From assembly GCA_002299465.1 (NCBI GenBank), contig DBNX01000026.1, positions 1 to 40,525 on the forward strand: a stretch of 40,525 nt of DNA, in the 5' to 3' direction. This DNA comes from Patescibacteria group bacterium UBA661. GTDB taxonomy: Bacteria; Patescibacteriota; Minisyncoccia; Phycocordibacterales; UBA918. Both the position numbers and the translations under genes were made by a program. Under the pieces are notes generated by a model, which worked only from the letters and a program-made list of their open reading frames with translations, was not told where the DNA came from and did not search any database. Shown here piece by piece: positions 38,301 through 40,525 of this stretch (the stretch's first letter is position 1; every line of letters starts with the position of its first letter).

Positions 38301-40525
38301 AATCGTCCCGTGATGGTAGTGGTAGCTGTGCCGAGCGGAGTGGTTGTACCGACTACCGAACCACTACCCAACACTAGATTATTGAGTGTCCAAGGCGAAC
38401 TGCCACCAAACGAGTTGGTGCGTTCGATAGTTGTAGTACCACCACCGAGAGAAAGCGTACCGTTACCGAACAAAGAGCCGTTACGAACCGTTACATCGCT
38501 AGTGCCCGTGACGGTACCGGTCGCCACCTCAATATCGCCTAGTATCTGTAAGTTAGCACCAATATTCCAACCGCCACCCACCCCCGCAAACCGCACGTTA
38601 TGCAAAGTCACGGTACTCGGCGCGGTTATGCTCTTACCGGTTGTTGTGGCATTGAAAATGAAGGTCGAGGAAGCGGCGTTAAGAGTCGCGCCGGTGTTTA
38701 AGACTAATCGTCCAGCCAGCCGGTGAGTTTGGGTTCCGCTCGCTGTAAAAGTGGCATTCGCCCCAAGAGCCAAAGTGCCTTCGTGGCCGTTGCTATTACC
38801 ATTACCACTCAAAGTGATTTCACCACCCGGCGCAAAAGATCTATTGGCAAACACGAACAGCTCGGTGTTGGCGGCGGTGACTAAGGTGTTGGTGGCACTA
38901 CTGGTGGCGGCGAAGAAAGCGATATCACTATCGTTATCGCCGTCAAAAATAGTCATATCAGCAATCGTCAAAGGCGCCGTGTCCTCGTGACGAACAATCA
39001 CCCGATTGGCATACAAATCGAGATTCGTGATGTTGGCAGTTGGAGTTTTTGTTACCGCACTCCCCCGTAATCCACCGTTGGTATTTAGATACACCACGAT
39101 TACCGGATCTCCGATGTAGGACACATTAACAAACGTGTAGGCACCAGTGGTGGCGTTACAAGGTACTTGGTCCGTGTAAACACCGCCATCAACCACAATT
39201 CTTACGTTCGGTGTCACTCCATCACAAACCGGCGCTCCCTGGGGCGTCACTCCGGCATCACTGTAAACAACACCCGAGACGTTAATCACGTTCGATGAAT
39301 CATCAAAGCGGATTGATCCTGGGTTAGCATCACCAGCATCAAAGGCCTCTCCGTAAAGAGAACCAGTGCCGTTGCGGAACCATACAAAATTGGCTGTCGT
39401 CGTACCCACTCTAGTCACGTTGTTGGCACTACCGACACTGGTGGTGGCAAAATTAAAGCGCAGGAACTGGGCTCCCGGATTAGTGTCGATGGTTGAGGTG
39501 TCCATTGTGATGCCAGTCCGACCCGGATTAACCAAGAACGAAGCGTCTCTAAACACTGACAAGGTTGTCGAGCTAACGAGCGACAGACCACTGGATACGG
39601 TGTCAGCGACACTGAAAAATTGCGCTGTCACTGTCGCTTGTTCAAAACGCAACTCGTAAGCACCACTAATGGCGGCTAGTGTTGTCGTGGCTGTACTGGT
39701 ACCGCTAATCACAATCGATGAGCTGGCAATCGTAACTACTGTACTGGAAGCGAATCTAACATTTACTGGTCGTGCCGAAGCACCGAGAGCCGTGCCATCA
39801 AAGTCAGTATTAGCAGACCACTGCTCCACTCCACTCGTGCGGCGATAATTACCAAAAATATGCAAATTACCATTAACTCCCGCGTGATTTTGAGAATAAA
39901 TCGCCCCCGATAAACCACTGGTCAGATATGATGCCGCGCTTGAATTCCACATTCTAACCAACGTACTGCTGGCGGCTTCTAGTGTGCCGTAAGTATCGCC
40001 ACCATGTGCTCTGGCGTTAAGATTAACCGTACCACCAGAAGCCAAACGCAAGGTCGAACCAGTCCAAGTCGTGTTAGCACTATTCACTGCATTTGTGAAA
40101 TTGCCAACACTAGCTAGAGTCACACCGGAATTAACAGTAAATTGTTGAACGTTGGTAAGATTTATGGCGGTAGTAGCCGTCGCATTTTCCGTAACTGTAA
40201 AGTTACCAGTGGCACTGTTGAATTCGAGTGTAGCAAAACTGGAAGAGCCGGCGGCGATTGTTTCGCTACCAGCCGTTGAATTAAACCGGACTGTTCCGTT
40301 ATTGGGGTTGAAGACAGCGTTGTTATCGAACGAGCCACCCACCGCTAGTACACCAGTTGGGAAAACCGCATCCCCGCCAACCTCAGCTGTGTAAGAACCA
40401 ATGATGGTAACAGTGTTGTCAATGAAATTTCTAGTTGACTTCACTTGTTGGCCAGAGACATCATAAAAATTAGTAGTGCTAGCTTGATTATTCCTCTCCG
40501 TAGCAATCCAACCAGCACTTCTCGC
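32303..40525 (-). CDS. Giant (>2740 aa, 5'-truncated by the window) repeat adhesin with DUF2341 domain and C-terminal WxL-like domain (type B)
   Basis: The frame stays open to the window edge (ARSAGWIATERNNQASTTNFY, typical of the end of DUF2341/LamG modules). DUF2341 motif DFEDLRFT...IPFWIE...VWVRVP...MYYGN; G/T/N-rich beta-helix-like repeats. Confidence 0.88.
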   Translation of the reverse strand, partial: ARSAGWIATERNNQASTTNFYDVSGQQVKSTRNFIDNTVTIIGSYTAEVGGDAVFPTGVLAVGGSFDNNAVFNPNNGTVRFNSTAGSETIAAGSSSFATLEFNSATGNFTVTENATATTAINLTNVQQFTVNSGVTLASVGNFTNAVNSANTTWTGSTLRLASGGTVNLNARAHGGDTYGTLEAASSTLVRMWNSSAASYLTSGLSGAIYSQNHAGVNGNLHIFGNYRRTSGVEQWSANTDFDGTALGASARPVNVRFASSTVVTIASSSIVISGTSTATTTLAAISGAYELRFEQATVTAQFFSVADTVSSGLSLVSSTTLSVFRDASFLVNPGRTGITMDTSTIDTNPGAQFLRFNFATTSVGSANNVTRVGTTTANFVWFRNGTGSLYGEAFDAGDANPGSIRFDDSSNVINVSGVVYSDAGVTPQGAPVCDGVTPNVRIVVDGGVYTDQVPCNATTGAYTFVNVSYIGDPVIVVYLNTNGGLRGSAVTKTPTANITNLDLYANRVIVRHEDTAPLTIADMTIFDGDNDSDIAFFAATSSATNTLVTAANTELFVFANRSFAPGGEITLSGNGNSNGHEGTLALGANATFTASGTQTHRLAGRLVLNTGATLNAASSTFIFNATTTGKSITAPSTVTLHNVRFAGVGGGWNIGANLQILGDIEVATGTVTGTSDVTVRNGSLFGNGTLSLGGGTTTIERTNSFGGSSPWTLNNLVLGSGSVVGTTTPLGTATTTITGRFTIANAHFLNAVSSVWDLAGVGTVLVETGTLLEGASTIRYSGAGANVLSTTYFNLQLESGTGNQTYTAQGAGILVLNNLTVGGTASSTFDLNTNDVLTEVQGNLEVVNNGTLLASNSANLLVRGDFTNRGVFTANNGMVRFIGTSPTNIRAGNSAFANVDIDKVGNATVLENATATAAWRLINHNNFTVGSGQTLAVGGGFLNNIAGANTTFTGSTLSLFGVGTYTLNDSATSEQYASLVIASGTQARVWNTTVNSINVQTGGSLYSQDHQGVNGDLYIFGQLVRTTGDDYWSFATDFDGSDLTGGNERRANVYFANGASATWLGGSLSVLGTSTASTTIQNQGAGTYAITIGGTASTEWDRVIVRDTNLSGIVFSGTPTVTSFNNTDHLVNINNGTAITVFGSVINQNQARNFTGNRFAQSGGVTNPRNVTATGTAVSSWRFTNHTGNLAGEAHDSDPAGDPGYIVWDDSAALITVSGNVYSDEGTTVSTVCDGITPNIRLVVAGLTTYNTTCNPTTGAYSISNVAFSPLDTLTLFINGQTQRAVNVTMAPISSISNMHLYENRVIVRHENIDPITIDNMGVWDSDNDSDIPFTAVNGAPDTLTLPANTKLIVWNAKTFAPGGNVTVSGGGAGAPHDGTFEAQSNAVFRAAGTQTHTIGGSFIFGTGAQFVAASSTVTLTTTGATRTVDVNSDNLHNLTVTGAGSWSVTDPTLTLTGSYTQSAGTMTLPAGTTTAAAAFAVNGGSLNATTTPFVFTATSTGNTIRFNGATVGTLTFNGAGSWNMTDTNATSSGSVTISRGTVSLPSGAISVAGNFRNVGGAITHNTSDLIMRATTTATILASSSDLHTIRFVGGGVYTLQDNNLTLLDSFAVESGSVLIGTGTLAVGGSFTATGGSFTHASGTVLLNAPAGGRTINPGNNAFNNLQIGAPSGGYTLFSATTTNNFTIASVNSLTVNPGAVVTVGGVFTNSVGGAATTWTNTTLRLLAPLVYSINTRTNNGDLYGTLEIGPGAAVRSWYSAAATTTVATNSSLYSQDHNNINGRLQIQGNLTLATSTEHWSFATDFDGTSIVGSERVVTVEFTPNSTTTVISGTLNILGGVGNDTVIRNNGTGTYNLIIAGGTLNANRYQFRDMAIDGLQLLGLSTIADLANGRYELAVNTGSLITLSSTTLNANPSMIFDNVGFNATGSLSGFNVELVGTTINAWRFTNSFGTLNGEGFDIDGIDACGSIRFDNSSCLLTEQTQFRWRNNDGGVGVVNSEWYNLSWGQRKRVRILNNDNQAYASTAVKIIVNYENTMQPDFEDLRFTSDNGLTEIPFWIERYTASTEAQVWVRVPSLPASGYATVFMYYGNNSAVAAGSGTTTFVAFDDFEDNSLSEYSGDTTLFRTVTSPVFGGTRALGANPVTGRTTDGMFRFDQTIAQGNIIRYMQYVDAGASGNNDEPCFLFAVQSPGTTNQNYAVCLERFGVDRISLARNVENNDVSGVVLATTTVTYSTGWYEVEIDWRTDNTIFVSLFNSAGTLVATTSAVDSSYTSGGYGFAYWYQIGAWDSITARARVATRPTIFFGAEQTPGGASWLSAQNAAGNSIPNNVVRVRFAIENSGLGITGQQFRLEFAPRGSVATCESVASAAYLPVPNQASCDSSPICMATSSVVSNGLSTTDLLTATRGTFTAGRLVTSPSNQTGAIDISQNYYTEVEYAIVPTVNASDSYCFRVTNAGTPLDFYGEVAELGLQFDPSFGPVTLNNGINISLMPGTTTIVIASSTVTDLNGFGDITHATATIYRSGVGPACTPNDNNCYKLSTTNGGCTFTNCSGNSCTLRCAAGVKFFAEPTDSGAFDGQEWLAYVEVEDAANGYDFASAPGVELMTLRAITVDALINYGALEANTNTGSTNASTTIVNLGNVPVNIDVQATDLSDGISSIIPASQQKVATSTFTYGACVTCQQLSSSTPVILDINLGKPNTATPPVATSVFWGIAVPFGTNSAPHTGMNIFTPIGVN
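34600..40440 (-). repeat. Three ~770-800-aa macro-repeats in the giant protein
   Basis: YSQ[DN]H...NG.L.I.G...WS..TDFDG recurs near 39900, 37510 and 35205; V[SN]G.VYSD.G.T....CDG.TPN recurs near 39290 and 36880. Confidence 0.8.

Noticed and set aside
23240-40394. Many plus-strand ORFs (e.g. 23240-23812, 35859-36683, 38151-38726)
   Set aside because: They are antisense shadows of long minus-strand genes, with mirror-codon composition and no recognisable motifs.
1-40525. CRISPR array, rRNA, IS element, prophage or alternative genetic code
   Set aside because: No spaced direct repeats, rRNA motifs, transposase, integrase or phage genes were seen. TGA terminates the AI-2E gene (3438-3440) and long ORFs translate cleanly under code 11.

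Overview
All supported genes in this 40.5 kb window lie on the minus strand. The gene style (A/T-rich start regions with no obvious Shine-Dalgarno, many single-pass hypothetical proteins, cohesin/DUF2341/LytR_C-rich exported proteins, frequent A[ST][ST]T motifs, TGA used as stop) suggests a Patescibacteria/CPR genome, probably Parcubacteria; this is inference. The left ~7.4 kb holds tgt, an FKBP PPIase, a CapA-family metallophosphoesterase, an AI-2E permease, an unannotated 50-aa membrane peptide gene and a thiol-disulfide module (CcdA, a Cys-less TlpA, DsbA). From ~7.5 kb to beyond the right edge is a >33 kb cell-surface assembly locus. It encodes two giant repeat proteins (2049 aa and >2740 aa), each sharing its C-terminal WxL-like domain with a different, separately transcribed smaller protein (382 aa and 615 aa). 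It also encodes three DUF916/WxLIP-like membrane-anchored proteins (one fused to LytR_C), a non-cellulosomal cohesin/dockerin set, a TolB-like propeller protein, an FN3 protein and a MacB-family ABC transporter. Non-coding signals include a highly structured ~200-nt leader RNA upstream of the 382-aa gene and a DnaA-box-like 9-mer 27-29 nt upstream of the -10 element at four promoters. No rRNA, tRNA, CRISPR array or mobile element was seen. Domain names come from motif recognition by eye, not database searches.
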